From positions 1 to 51,705 of the forward strand of contig CAZFSB010000003.1 of NCBI GenBank assembly GCA_964521645.1: a stretch of 51,705 bases of DNA, read 5' to 3'. The stretch is from an uncultured Candidatus Saccharibacteria bacterium (GTDB taxonomy: Bacteria; Patescibacteriota; Minisyncoccia; Phycocordibacterales; UBA918). The translations under genes and the position numbers were made by a program. Below the pieces are notes generated by a model, which saw only the letters and a program-made list of their open reading frames with translations, made no database searches and had not been told where the DNA came from. Positions 1 through 8,361 of this stretch are shown here, piece after piece (positions within the stretch are counted from its first letter, which is position 1; the number at the start of each line of letters is the position of its first letter).

Positions 1-308
1 TCTCGATAATTCCTCAGAGCTTCTTCACGGCTGATAAATTTCACAGACTTAACCTCTGCCAAGGCTGTCACGGAGTTCTTTATAGTATCAATATCTGACT
101 GTTCTGCTTCTGGTGCAAAATACAGGTTTATATCTATACGTGATTCTACAATTTCTAAAGATCTATTTAGAATCTGATCGAGGAACATCGCACACCCAAT
201 CACAAATAGCGCAATTACAATTACGTAAATAGAGGTGAACGAAACGTACGCATTACGCCAAAACCCGACAAACCCCGCCTTAACAACTCTACGAAACGCC
301 GTGATCAT
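1..308 (-). CDS. ftsX: Cell-division ABC permease FtsX, N-terminal part (gene runs off the left window edge)
   Basis: Not in the ORF track because there is no stop in the window. The reverse-strand ATG at 308-306 gives MITAFRRVVKAGFVGFWRNAYVSFTSIYVIVIALFVIGC..., a typical FtsX N-terminus plus first TM helix. It starts 8 nt after the ftsE stop, the canonical ftsEX order. Confidence 0.7.
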   Translation of the reverse strand, partial: MITAFRRVVKAGFVGFWRNAYVSFTSIYVIVIALFVIGCAMFLDQILNRSLEIVESRIDINLYFAPEAEQSDIDTIKNSVTALAEVKSVKFISREEALRNYR

Positions 309-315
309 ATTTTAA

Positions 316-999
316 TTATAGAACATACTTACCGGTTGAATCATCTCTGACGATCCGACCCCCATCCATGGTGATAACTCGTCGCTCGATCTCGTCGATC
401 ACTCCTTTATTTTGCGTGGTCATGATAACGGTCGTGCCGAGGTCGTTGATCTTACGGAGTATCTGTACCACCTCGTAGGTGGCGATCGGGTCAAGATTAC
501 CGGTCGGCTCATCCGCGATGATGATATCAGGCTGATTCACAATAGCGCGAGCGATCGCCACCCGTTGCTTCTCGCCACCGGAAAGCTCGTGGGGAAAATT
601 CCACGCTTTATCTTCAAGGTCGACCAACGCGAGGGCGTGTGGCACGTTTTCAGCTATCTCGATGTCAGTGCGGCCGTTGGCTTCCATTGCAAAAGCCACG
701 TTCTCATAAGCGGTCTTGTGTGGGAGTAGTTTGAAATCCTGGAACACCGTACCGATCTTACGACGGTAGTGCGGAAGCTTCGCTTTTGGAATACGATGCA
801 CATCAAGTGACTCGAAGAAAACCTGACCGTAGCTCGGCTTGTCTTCCGCGATGATCATCTTGAGTAGTGTGGTCTTTCCCGCGCCAGAGTGCCCTACGAT
901 AGAGACGAATTCTTTCGGTGCTACCTGAAATGTGACCTCTTGGAGGGCGGCGCTACGGCCGTCGTTGTACACCTTTGAGACATTATCAAAGTAAATCAT
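316..999 (-). CDS. ftsE: Cell-division ATP-binding protein FtsE
   Basis: 227-aa ABC ATPase with Walker A GHSGAGKTT, signature LSGGEKQR and Walker B IIIADEPT. It lies directly upstream of ftsX. Confidence 0.9.
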   Translation of the reverse strand: MIYFDNVSKVYNDGRSAALQEVTFQVAPKEFVSIVGHSGAGKTTLLKMIIAEDKPSYGQVFFESLDVHRIPKAKLPHYRRKIGTVFQDFKLLPHKTAYENVAFAMEANGRTDIEIAENVPHALALVDLEDKAWNFPHELSGGEKQRVAIARAIVNQPDIIIADEPTGNLDPIATYEVVQILRKINDLGTTVIMTTQNKGVIDEIERRVITMDGGRIVRDDSTGKYVL

Positions 1000-1140
1000 A
1001 GATGAATCTATTTTTTGCTATCTTTATTCGCTCGGTCATATGGATGATTCTGTTGCACAGAATCATCCATGCGACCCTCGCTCACTCGATAGTAAATCAT
1101 ACCGCACAGTATACCATGACGAGCTTAAGCTCAAAACTCA

Positions 1141-2019
1141 TTAATTAGACACTACCTCAGCATCAATAAAAGCTTGAATATCTCCATTCAACACGGCGTC
1201 AATGTTGCGTACTTCAGTATTGGTGCGATGATCTTTGACCAACTGATACGGATGAAGCACATACGAACGGATCTGGCTTCCCCACTCGATCTTGAGGGTC
1301 TTCTCAACCGAAAGCCCTTGCAGTTCACGACGGCGCTGCTCTTCTTCAAAAGCAAATATCTTTCCGGCGAGCAGCGCCATGCCCCGCTCGCGGTTCTGCT
1401 GCTGTGAACGTTCGGAAGAAACGTTGACCGAAATATTGGTCGGCTTATGCACGATCCGCACTGCTGTCTCGCGCTTGTTCACATTCTGCCCGCCAGCACC
1501 ACCAGAACGAGCGAACGATATCTCGAGATCATCTTCACTAAGTGCCACCGCGCTCGCGTCTTCAATGCGGGGTGATACTTCCACCAACACAAATGAGGTC
1601 TGGCGCTTGCCGTTACTATTGAATGGCGAAATACGCACCAGTCGGTGCACCCCCGATTCACGCTGCAACGTGCCATACGCACCTTTCCCCTGTATTTCAA
1701 AGGTGACGTTGCGGTAGCCGTTGTGATCGTTGGTGTTACTGTCGATCACCAGCACACCCCAACCTCGTTTCTCCGCGTAGCGCTGATACATCTCGACCAA
1801 CATACGCGCAAAGTCCTCCGCGTCGTCGCCGCCGGCGCCGGCTACAATCGTGAACACTGCATCATTGCGGTCGAATTTTCCTTTTCCTTCAGCCGTATCG
1901 CGCAACTTCTGTAGCTCTTTGATCATCGCCTGAGCCTGCTGCGGGTCATTCCAGAAGGTCGGTTCGAGCATGGTGGCTTCAATGGTAGCAATGCGTTCCT
2001 GGGGAGTTTGTTCTGACAT
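1141..2019 (-). CDS. prfB: Peptide chain release factor 2 (short form, no programmed frameshift)
   Basis: Carries SPF (RISPFNS) and GGQ ([10 protein letters not shown]) motifs and a C-terminal [10 protein letters not shown]. It is a single 292-aa ORF. Confidence 0.9.
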   Translation of the reverse strand: MSEQTPQERIATIEATMLEPTFWNDPQQAQAMIKELQKLRDTAEGKGKFDRNDAVFTIVAGAGGDDAEDFARMLVEMYQRYAEKRGWGVLVIDSNTNDHNGYRNVTFEIQGKGAYGTLQRESGVHRLVRISPFNSNGKRQTSFVLVEVSPRIEDASAVALSEDDLEISFARSGGAGGQNVNKRETAVRIVHKPTNISVNVSSERSQQQNRERGMALLAGKIFAFEEEQRRRELQGLSVEKTLKIEWGSQIRSYVLHPYQLVKDHRTNTEVRNIDAVLNGDIQAFIDAEVVSN

Positions 2020-2026
2020 GTCTCCG

Positions 2027-2035
2027 AGTATAGCA
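2027..2035 (-). promoter_or_regulatory. Extended -10 box TGCTATACT, 7 nt upstream of the prfB ATG (leaderless-type promoter)
   Basis: The reverse strand reads TTTTTTTGCTATACTCGGAGAC-ATG. Confidence 0.5.
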
Positions 2036-2128
2036 AAAAAAGAAAGGCGACGCCGCTCCTCACTTTGACTTACTCTAAAACTAGCGTATAAGTAGCAATA
2101 GTACTTAGTTCATCGAAAGGAGGATGTC

Positions 2129-2353
2129 ATGCATACGTACGTCAAGAAAGTCACCTTCAAGCCACTTTCTCGTGGTCGATACCGTTGCAATCAAACTGGC
2201 CGAATCCTGACCAAAACTCAGATACTTTCGTATGTATACCAGTATCTGACACAGGGAGACGTTGCCCCAGCCGCGATCGGAGTTAGCAATCGACCAGCTA
2301 AAAAACAGGCGACATCAGCTCACCCCTCAAAGTACAGGAGTAAACACCAGTGA
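2129..2353 (+). CDS. Small basic hypothetical protein (74 aa)
   Basis: Strong SD AAAGGAGGA lies 5 nt before the ATG. A hairpin terminator follows. No recognisable family. Confidence 0.5.
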   Translation: MHTYVKKVTFKPLSRGRYRCNQTGRILTKTQILSYVYQYLTQGDVAPAAIGVSNRPAKKQATSAHPSKYRSKHQ

Positions 2354-2366
2354 CGACAATAAAATA

Positions 2367-2396
2367 ACGGGCATCATTGTTATGATGCCCGTTTTT
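2367..2396. terminator. Bidirectional intrinsic terminator
   Basis: ACGGGCATCAT-TGTT-ATGATGCCCGT followed by TTTT. It sits between convergent ORFs. Confidence 0.7.
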
Positions 2397-2415
2397 AATG
2401 GACCAAGATCGATCA

Positions 2416-3213
2416 CTATTTAGTGAGATCATCTTCCCCTTTCAGTAAACTTTCACTGAATTTGAGATAGAACTCTCGAACCGAACGGAGTAACTTGATC
2501 CGTTTTCGCTCCTTAGTGACCTTTCGTAACTCGTCTTCTCGCTCACAAGCGAAGGAAGCAGCAGCGGAGAGCGCTCGATACAATTCATCAGCCTGCAGAC
2601 TGAGGATGAACCGCTGTCGACGAACTTCGATGTCTCGATTGTTATTACCCAGACTTTCGTATTCAGCACTAACCAAAAGTATCTGCTCCTGAAACCACTC
2701 CACTCGCTCATGAGCCATGAAACATGATGCTTCTGCGAAAGCCAGCTGAGAACGTGTTTCTGAATCAAGTCGCGATAAGAAGTGCAACTCCTCATTCATG
2801 AAGCCGGTGATCCTCATGACCTGCAGCAGCATCACTTCGGCTTTGGTCCCACCAATACTGTCTCGGTCGAACAAGACCGCTCGATCGACCGCATCCATCC
2901 GGCGTGAGGAGAACAGTGATTCGTGTTTAGAAAAGAAATGTTCTATGGCTTCTCGGTTGATCTCCTGCAAATAGTAACGCTTCCGTTTTTCGACCTCGCT
3001 CACAAACCCCTTGTCCATGAGTATCCGCCGCAGTCCCGATAGTGAACCGTGATACCCCAAACTCCGAGCCGCGTGTTCGATCTCCTCAATGAGGATCTCC
3101 CCACTAGACTGCGTCGCGATGTCGAGTAACTCATGAAGCAAGCAAGCCAACGCTTCTGGATCACGAATGAACGAAACTCGATCTTTTTGTTCAACTCCTG
3201 ATAGTGCTTTCAT
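2416..3213 (-). CDS. Hypothetical protein (265 aa), possible N-terminal winged-helix
   Basis: The internal start MKALSG at 3213 has SD GGGAGGTG. The track ORF extends to 3366 but has no RBS there and approaches the tRNA terminator. Confidence 0.6.
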   Translation of the reverse strand: MKALSGVEQKDRVSFIRDPEALACLLHELLDIATQSSGEILIEEIEHAARSLGYHGSLSGLRRILMDKGFVSEVEKRKRYYLQEINREAIEHFFSKHESLFSSRRMDAVDRAVLFDRDSIGGTKAEVMLLQVMRITGFMNEELHFLSRLDSETRSQLAFAEASCFMAHERVEWFQEQILLVSAEYESLGNNNRDIEVRRQRFILSLQADELYRALSAAASFACEREDELRKVTKERKRIKLLRSVREFYLKFSESLLKGEDDLTK

Positions 3214-3360
3214 GGTACACCTCCCTGTGGTCAATTGGAAAAGAACTAGTCTTAAAAAGAGTACCGCTCCAGAAAAAAATATGCAACCAATTTTCACCAC
3301 CAGGCTTGGCCGCTTTCTTCCAGAAGTAGTTGGAGCATCGCTCTGCAGTATTCCTTCGGG

Positions 3361-3399
3361 CAGCAAAATTGCCTAGCTTCACGCTAGGCAATTTTGCTG
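3361..3399. terminator. 17-bp hairpin downstream of the tRNA-Thr pair
   Basis: CAGCAAAATTGCCTAGC-TTCAC-GCTAGGCAATTTTGCTG. Confidence 0.6.
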
Positions 3400-3402
3400 C
3401 TG

Positions 3403-3475
3403 AGCCAACACACAGAATCGAACTGTGGACCTCATCCTTACCATGGATGCGCTCTACCGACTGAGCTATGTTGGC
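3403..3475 (-). tRNA. tRNA-Thr (anticodon GGU)
   Basis: The reverse strand GCCAACATAGCTCAGTCGGTAGAGCGCATCCATGGTAAGGATGAGGTCCACAGTTCGATTCTGTGTGTTGGCT folds as a cloverleaf. The anticodon loop is ATGGTAA. CCA is not encoded. Confidence 0.9.
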
Positions 3476-3532
3476 TTCCGTTTTGTGGCAGTAGCATACC
3501 AAATCATTTCAGATACCGCCACCCCTCTTATG

Positions 3533-3605
3533 AGCCGTCTCCGAGGATCGAACTCGGGACCTTAGCGTTACGAATGCTACGCTCTACCAACTGAGCTAAG
3601 ACGGC
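3533..3605 (-). tRNA. tRNA-Thr (anticodon CGU)
   Basis: The reverse strand GCCGTCTTAGCTCAGTTGGTAGAGCGTAGCATTCGTAACGCTAAGGTCCCGAGTTCGATCCTCGGAGACGGCT folds as a cloverleaf. The anticodon loop is TTCGTAA. Confidence 0.9.
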
Positions 3606-3632
3606 TTACGGTGCACCATTGTATGTAATCCC

Positions 3633-4208
3633 TCACCTCTTTTCAACTGTCTTATCAGGTTCCTGAAGGCGATCAAGCACGATCCTGGTCACAAAACTTG
3701 CCAATATCACAAGGAGGGTCTTGGGGTTGGTGGCCATAAGAAGCAGCTGCGCGGGGAGGGTCTTTGCTTCTTGCAGCTTCCTACGCCACTCATTTTCATC
3801 GCGGATGAATGATTGCCACGCCCTGTCTAGATCGTGGTCGGGTTTCACATATGCCGCTATCGCGTGCAGTTCACCTCCGTCAAGCCAGAAGCGATGACAC
3901 TTTTGACACTGGTCGATCCCGATCTGTGTGCCGGCAAAATAGTGCTTTCTCATTGGTGCACCATCTTTTGTACAGACCAGTGTATCCTCTCTCCAAAAAT
4001 CTTTCGGTGGTGTACCTTGGTGTTCAAAGATGTCCCATTCAGCTAAAAGCCGGGGCACATCGGAATATTCAGGGATGGAGAGATGGCGAACGAGCCGACG
4101 TACCTCACCTTGCTCCAACCAAACACCCAGGCAACGTGGACACACGTCGATCGACACGTCCTGTAACTGGACCAGATCACACACAATATTATCTTTCGGG
4201 CACAACAT
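3633..4208 (-). CDS. Zinc-ribbon (TFIIB-type zf) domain protein with C-terminal TM helix
   Basis: Two repeats of CPxC...WLxxGE (CPRCLGVWLEQGEV and CQKCHRFWLDGGEL). TGCTATACT lies 16 nt upstream of the ATG. Confidence 0.7.
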   Translation of the reverse strand: MLCPKDNIVCDLVQLQDVSIDVCPRCLGVWLEQGEVRRLVRHLSIPEYSDVPRLLAEWDIFEHQGTPPKDFWREDTLVCTKDGAPMRKHYFAGTQIGIDQCQKCHRFWLDGGELHAIAAYVKPDHDLDRAWQSFIRDENEWRRKLQEAKTLPAQLLLMATNPKTLLVILASFVTRIVLDRLQEPDKTVEKR

Positions 4209-4380
4209 ATCGACAGTTTCGGAAAGTATAGCACCCCTCGTTGCAAAATAATGACAAAACCGCTATACTCTTCCAACTTACGCTTTTGCGTAATAGTCGT
4301 TGCGCTGGTAAGGAAAGCTTGCCAGCGCTGCGCTCGAAACTAGAATATCCAAGCAAGCTTTGCTATTCTATTTCTCACTT

Positions 4381-4454
4381 GCGCTGGTAGCTCAACTGGT
4401 TAGAGCACCCGCCTGTCACGCGGGAGGTTGCGGGTTCGAGTCCCGTCTAGCGCG
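4381..4454 (+). tRNA. tRNA-Asp (anticodon GUC)
   Basis: GCGCTGGTAGCTCAACTGGTTAGAGCACCCGCCTGTCACGCGGGAGGTTGCGGGTTCGAGTCCCGTCTAGCGCG folds as a cloverleaf. TATACT at 4264-4269 is a candidate promoter. Confidence 0.9.
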
Positions 4455-4491
4455 CAAAATATAAAAATGTCCAACCTTGAGTTGGGCTTTT

Positions 4492-4692
4492 TTATTCTCG
4501 CTTCTCCAAAAACCGATACACCATAAGTGGTGCCCAGATCAGAAAGCTTGCAAACCCGACAATGAAGAAGGTTGGAATGAACTTAAAGAATTCTGATTCT
4601 TCGCCATCCAGAAACCAAAGGCTGAAGAGCGCCGTTGAGGCACACAGCAACATCGCCGTCCAAAATACTCGTAGTGAAATTTTTTCTATCAT
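4492..4692 (-). CDS. Small membrane protein (66 aa, two predicted TM helices)
   Basis: The ORF has two hydrophobic stretches. The hairpin at about 4470-4492 is shared with tRNA-Asp as a terminator. Confidence 0.45.
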   Translation of the reverse strand: MIEKISLRVFWTAMLLCASTALFSLWFLDGEESEFFKFIPTFFIVGFASFLIWAPLMVYRFLEKRE

Positions 4693-4772
4693 ACTATCTA
4701 CAACCGAAATAGCGGATCATAAGTTGCCAGACGATTCTCTGTCGACACAAAAAGCCCCGCAGGGCTTTTATT

Positions 4773-4920
4773 TGTGTCGACGGGAGGAATCGGTCACCTT
4801 CGCATCAGTATTTTGTTCGCACGCTCCAAAATACTGTGCTACGCGACCCCGGCGCTCGAATCGTACTCCCTACGGTCCGTGCGATATACTCGCTTCTTTC
4901 GATTCCTCATATCTCCAACA
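4773..4920 (-). ncRNA. tRNA-Met-derived structured element 'X' (tRNA-like 3' end, not a functional cloverleaf)
   Basis: Its last 20 nt (4773-4792) are identical to the tRNA-Met 3' end (4960-4979). It has a 10-bp hairpin at 4806-4836 and is bracketed by two terminator hairpins. Confidence 0.4.
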
Positions 4921-4959
4921 GTCATAAAAAAACCAACACAAGGTTGGTTTTTTTATGAC
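4921..4959. terminator. 17-bp A/T-flanked hairpin after tRNA-Met
   Basis: GTCATAAAAAAACCAAC-ACAAG-GTTGGTTTTTTTATGAC. Confidence 0.7.
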
Positions 4960-4961
4960 TG

Positions 4962-5035
4962 TGTCGACGGGAGGAATCGAACCTCCGACCCCAGCTTTAT
5001 GAGTGCTGTGCTCTAACCGTCTGAGCTACGCCGAC
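4962..5035 (-). tRNA. tRNA-Met, elongator type (anticodon CAU)
   Basis: The reverse strand GTCGGCGTAGCTCAGACGGTTAGAGCACAGCACTCATAAAGCTGGGGTCGGAGGTTCGATTCCTCCCGTCGACA folds as a cloverleaf. Its body resembles E. coli metT rather than fMet or Ile2. Confidence 0.85.
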
Positions 5036-5094
5036 ATACGTTAGGAGAAATATCCTAACTAGTGGCGCTAGAGTACACTATTTTCCCCACCGCT

Positions 5095-5799
5095 TCAATA
5101 GTTTTTTATTCGACCATGCCCACCGAGTGTATCGAGGATACGCTCGGCTTTTGCGATATCTTCAGGAAATCCGATCGGGATCCAAAGCTCCTGTTCTACC
5201 ACGGCGATCGGGTACTCTTTCGCATATTCTTCAATGACGTCAGTGAGGTAGAACTCACCATTCTTCTCTATTTTGAGCTCGTAATCAAAGATGTGTTCAT
5301 CGAGCACCATCACTCCGGTTGAGGCAAGGTTCGATGGTGGGTGTTCTGGTTTTTCGATCATCTGCGCCAAAGTGCCGTCAGGGTGACGCACCACGATACC
5401 AAAGCGTTCCGGATTATTGGTTGTAAGCGTAAGCATTGAGCGCGTATACGATGTGGCGCGCGCGATATCTTGCGCGCCATGAAGGTCATCGGCAAACATA
5501 AAGAGGAAACGCCCCTTGATCAAGTCTTTGCAAAGCCACAGCGCGTGCCCGGTCCCCTTTTGTTCAGACTGATGGACGTACGTTACTTTTCGTCCATGAA
5601 ACTCCTCCCCGCAGTATTCTTTGATACGATCTTCTAAGTAACCCGTAACAAGAATAAGTTCGTCAACCGCAGTGGGGAGCACTTCAACGATGTAATCCAA
5701 GAGTGGCTTCCCGGAGACTTTCACCAGTGGCTTAGGGATATTATCGGTAAGAGGTCGAAGTCGCGTGCCTTTTCCGGCAGCCAGAATCACACATTGCAT
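5095..5799 (-). CDS. Sugar-phosphate nucleotidyltransferase (G1P thymidylyl/uridylyltransferase-like)
   Basis: Starts MQCVILAAGKGTRLRPLTDNIPKPL (the GxGTRLxPxT motif). TGCTATACT lies 9 nt upstream. The longer track ORF would overlap a tRNA exon. Confidence 0.8.
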   Translation of the reverse strand: MQCVILAAGKGTRLRPLTDNIPKPLVKVSGKPLLDYIVEVLPTAVDELILVTGYLEDRIKEYCGEEFHGRKVTYVHQSEQKGTGHALWLCKDLIKGRFLFMFADDLHGAQDIARATSYTRSMLTLTTNNPERFGIVVRHPDGTLAQMIEKPEHPPSNLASTGVMVLDEHIFDYELKIEKNGEFYLTDVIEEYAKEYPIAVVEQELWIPIGFPEDIAKAERILDTLGGHGRIKNY

Positions 5800-5925
5800 A
5801 TGCTCGGTAGTATAGCAAAAGGCCGCGAGCTCGCCCAGTTTGGGAGCTTGGAAGGGGTTCACTTCCGGGCCCCGCATTTTATGAGCAAAGAAAAACACCG
5901 ACGTGAGGTCGGTGCTTTTCTTTGC

Positions 5926-6225
5926 TGGTTGCGGGGCCCGGAATCGAACCGGGGTCTGGAGGTTATGCGTACCACTATAACTTTCGTTACTCAAGCCTTG
6001 CTTGATTTGTTGGTCTGGACTATACCTTCATCTGTCTCTTTCGAGCGAAGATGCCTACCATCTAGTCTCTACACCTTCCCGCCACTGGCGGGCTTGGCTC
6101 GGTATTGCCATGTTCTCCTTTTGCAAGCGAACGAAGGTTTCACCGAATTTGGCAAGTGTTCCATAAAACATTTCTGTAGTATGAGCCCTCTTGAGCCTCC
6201 CGAGGTACCTCTCCTCTACCCCGCT
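5926..6225 (-). tRNA. Initiator tRNA-fMet (CAU) interrupted by a group I intron; exons 6225-6194 and 5967-5926; CCA encoded
   Basis: The exons join into a 74-nt cloverleaf, AGCGGGGTAGAGGAGAGGTACCTCGGGAGGCT|CATAACCTCCAGACCCCGGTTCGATTCCGGGCCCCGCAACCA. It has A11:U24 and a 1x72 mismatch, and its 3' end is as in E. coli fMet. Confidence 0.85.
5968..6193 (-). ncRNA. Group I intron (IC3-like), 226 nt, inserted after U33 of tRNA-fMet
   Basis: Contains CAAATTCGGTGAAACC, ATGGCAATACCGAGCCAAGCC, GAAGGTGTAGAGACTAGATGG and GAAGGTATAGTCC core strings. It is preceded by U and ends in G. Confidence 0.8.
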
Positions 6226-6304
6226 ATGTTTTTCCTTTTGTTTTGCTTAAAATACACACAAAACAGTACGTGGAAAATACACCATTTTTGACAGTTTGGC
6301 AAGT

Positions 6305-6928
6305 CTACAAAACCCCTAATTCAGCGAAAACTCGTTGGTAGCGAGCGATAGTGTCTTGTGCAATGCGTCTGGTGAGCACAAAATCTGCCCCGTCGTGGGC
6401 GATCCGATTGCGCACCTTATGGGCTTCCCAAGCGTCCTGAAGGGTGTTGAGTTGTTGGACTGAAACGTTCTTGAGTCGCTCCCCGAGCGAAGCTCCTGGA
6501 AATCCTTTTTGCTTGAGAGCTTCTTCTAAAATGATATCCGCTTCAATGATGGCCAGTTTCCAGTCGTTCGGATTATCAGAAGTGGAGTGCGTGAGTACGT
6601 CCTGTAATCGAGTACTTCGAACCACTCCCCGAAACTGCTCATCATAGAGACGTTCGGCATCACGGAGCATTTGCGTCTGCAGACCAGCGTACAAGTTTTT
6701 CTTTGTCGAAGCATACACGTACAAGAACAAAAGAATGATGGCGAAAATATATGCCAATACTGTGTAGATAGACCAGAGTGTCCCGAGAAAAGCGAGGATC
6801 GCAGTAAAAGAGAATACTGTAGCAAAACCACCAAACAGATCGCCAAACACTGAATCGGACCCGACAGAAACTCCGGGCATAGTTGGTCCTGAAGGGTTCG
6901 TTGGTGCAGGGGTGATGACTGGTTCCAT
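6305..6928 (-). CDS. Hypothetical membrane protein (207 aa)
   Basis: Two TM helices followed by a soluble domain. It starts 6 nt after the gatA stop, so is probably co-transcribed. Confidence 0.6.
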   Translation of the reverse strand: MEPVITPAPTNPSGPTMPGVSVGSDSVFGDLFGGFATVFSFTAILAFLGTLWSIYTVLAYIFAIILLFLYVYASTKKNLYAGLQTQMLRDAERLYDEQFRGVVRSTRLQDVLTHSTSDNPNDWKLAIIEADIILEEALKQKGFPGASLGERLKNVSVQQLNTLQDAWEAHKVRNRIAHDGADFVLTRRIAQDTIARYQRVFAELGVL

Positions 6929-6933
6929 AGAAG

Positions 6934-8361
6934 CTAGAGACCTGTATCGTAGATGCGCTTTCCGATCGCAAACAGTCGCGCGTCGCTACCAAGTGGTCCT
7001 ATGTATTGTACTCCAACCGGAAGCTGTTTACCGCCTTCTTCCACGGTTCCCATGGGGAATGAGAGAGCTGGCACACCCGCGAGGTTGACCGGGACCGTGA
7101 AGATATCCTGGCGATACATTGCGAGTGGATCTTCCTTTTCGCCGATCTTGAAGGCCGGGGTTGGAGCAGTGGGGGTAAGAATGATATCGACCTTCTTAAA
7201 AACGTCTGCTAGTTCCTGACGCATCTTCTTGCGTACCAGTTCAGCTTTTCCGTAGTAGGCGTCGTAGTAACCAGATGAGAGTACGTAGGTACCGAGAAGG
7301 ATGCGGCGTTTCACCTCCTTTCCAAATCCTTCGGCGCGAGTCTTCTCATACACATCGAGCAGATTGTCGCCGTCAGTCGATAGGCCGTAGCGGATACCGT
7401 CGTAGCGAGCGAGGTTGGAAGATACTTCAGCCGGCATCACGATGTAGTACGCCGCGAGTCCCTGTTCGAAGAGCGGCAATTCAATATCAATGACTTCGTG
7501 ACCGGCAGCCTTGAGTTCTTCTATGTGCGCGGAGAATTTTTGCAATACCTCAGCATCGACTCCTTCGGCGAGAAAATGGCGGGGTACTCCGAAGGTGTAT
7601 TTTTCTTTGAGTGGTGCTTCCGGGTACGTATCCTCCGTGATAGTGGTCGCATCCATTTTGTCGAGACCAGCCATGATGTTGTGCACCAGTTCGGCATCAG
7701 CGACCGAATTGGTAAGCGGGCCAGCCTGATCTAGTGAAGAACCCATCGCAATGAGTCCAAAACGCGATACCGCGCCGTAGGTCGGCTTGAAACCGACCAG
7801 CCCACAGTAGCTCGCCGGCTGACGAATCGAACCGCCGGTGTCGGTACCGATAGCGACCGGTACCGCTCCCATCGCGACCGCGGCGGCCGAACCACCTGAA
7901 GAACCGCCCGGTACCCGTGTCGTATCGACCGGGTTCTTGGTCGGACCAAAAGCAGAATTCTCGGTCGATCCACCCATGGCAAATTCGTCCATGTTGGTTG
8001 CACCCACCACGATCGCTCCTGCCGCTTTGAGCCGTTCAACGATCGTTGCGTCGTAGACCGCCACGTAGTTCTCGAGCATCTTGGAGGCAGCGGTCGTTCG
8101 CTTCCCTTTCATAAGAATGTTGTTCTTGAGCGCGATCGGTACACCAAGAAGCGCGGGGGTATCAGCCCCTCTTTCCTTGTAGAGTTGGTCGGCGGCTTTG
8201 GCCGCTTCGCGCGCGTCTTCGTAGACATCGAGAAAGGCGTGGATCTCACCGTCCTTTTCCTTGATCACGGCCAAAGCCGCCTCGACCGCTTCGGTCGGTG
8301 TGAGTGTCCCCGCGATGAACGCGGCGCGCAATTCAGTGACTGTTTTCATACTATTCGCCAA
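6934..8361 (-). CDS. gatA: Glutamyl/aspartyl-tRNA amidotransferase subunit A
   Basis: 475-aa amidase-signature protein (GGSSGGSAAAVA). It overlaps the gatC stop. Confidence 0.95.
   Translation of the reverse strand: MANSMKTVTELRAAFIAGTLTPTEAVEAALAVIKEKDGEIHAFLDVYEDAREAAKAADQLYKERGADTPALLGVPIALKNNILMKGKRTTAASKMLENYVAVYDATIVERLKAAGAIVVGATNMDEFAMGGSTENSAFGPTKNPVDTTRVPGGSSGGSAAAVAMGAVPVAIGTDTGGSIRQPASYCGLVGFKPTYGAVSRFGLIAMGSSLDQAGPLTNSVADAELVHNIMAGLDKMDATTITEDTYPEAPLKEKYTFGVPRHFLAEGVDAEVLQKFSAHIEELKAAGHEVIDIELPLFEQGLAAYYIVMPAEVSSNLARYDGIRYGLSTDGDNLLDVYEKTRAEGFGKEVKRRILLGTYVLSSGYYDAYYGKAELVRKKMRQELADVFKKVDIILTPTAPTPAFKIGEKEDPLAMYRQDIFTVPVNLAGVPALSFPMGTVEEGGKQLPVGVQYIGPLGSDARLFAIGKRIYDTGL

Noticed and set aside
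1990-2100. Programmed +1 frameshift (CUU UGA C) upstream of prfB
   Set aside because: There is no upstream short ORF or shift site. A -10 box sits 7 nt before the ATG, so the gene is a single frame.
4773-4845. Element X as a second functional tRNA (73 nt, tRNA-like ends)
   Set aside because: Acceptor positions 5-7 do not pair. The D and anticodon arms are replaced by one 10-bp hairpin with an 11-nt loop, and the T arm is irregular.
5800-5994. N-terminal extension of the nucleotidyltransferase ORF (5095..5994)
   Set aside because: It would overlap exon 2 and the terminator of tRNA-fMet. The conserved GxGTRL motif starts right after the internal ATG at 5799, which has its own -10 box.
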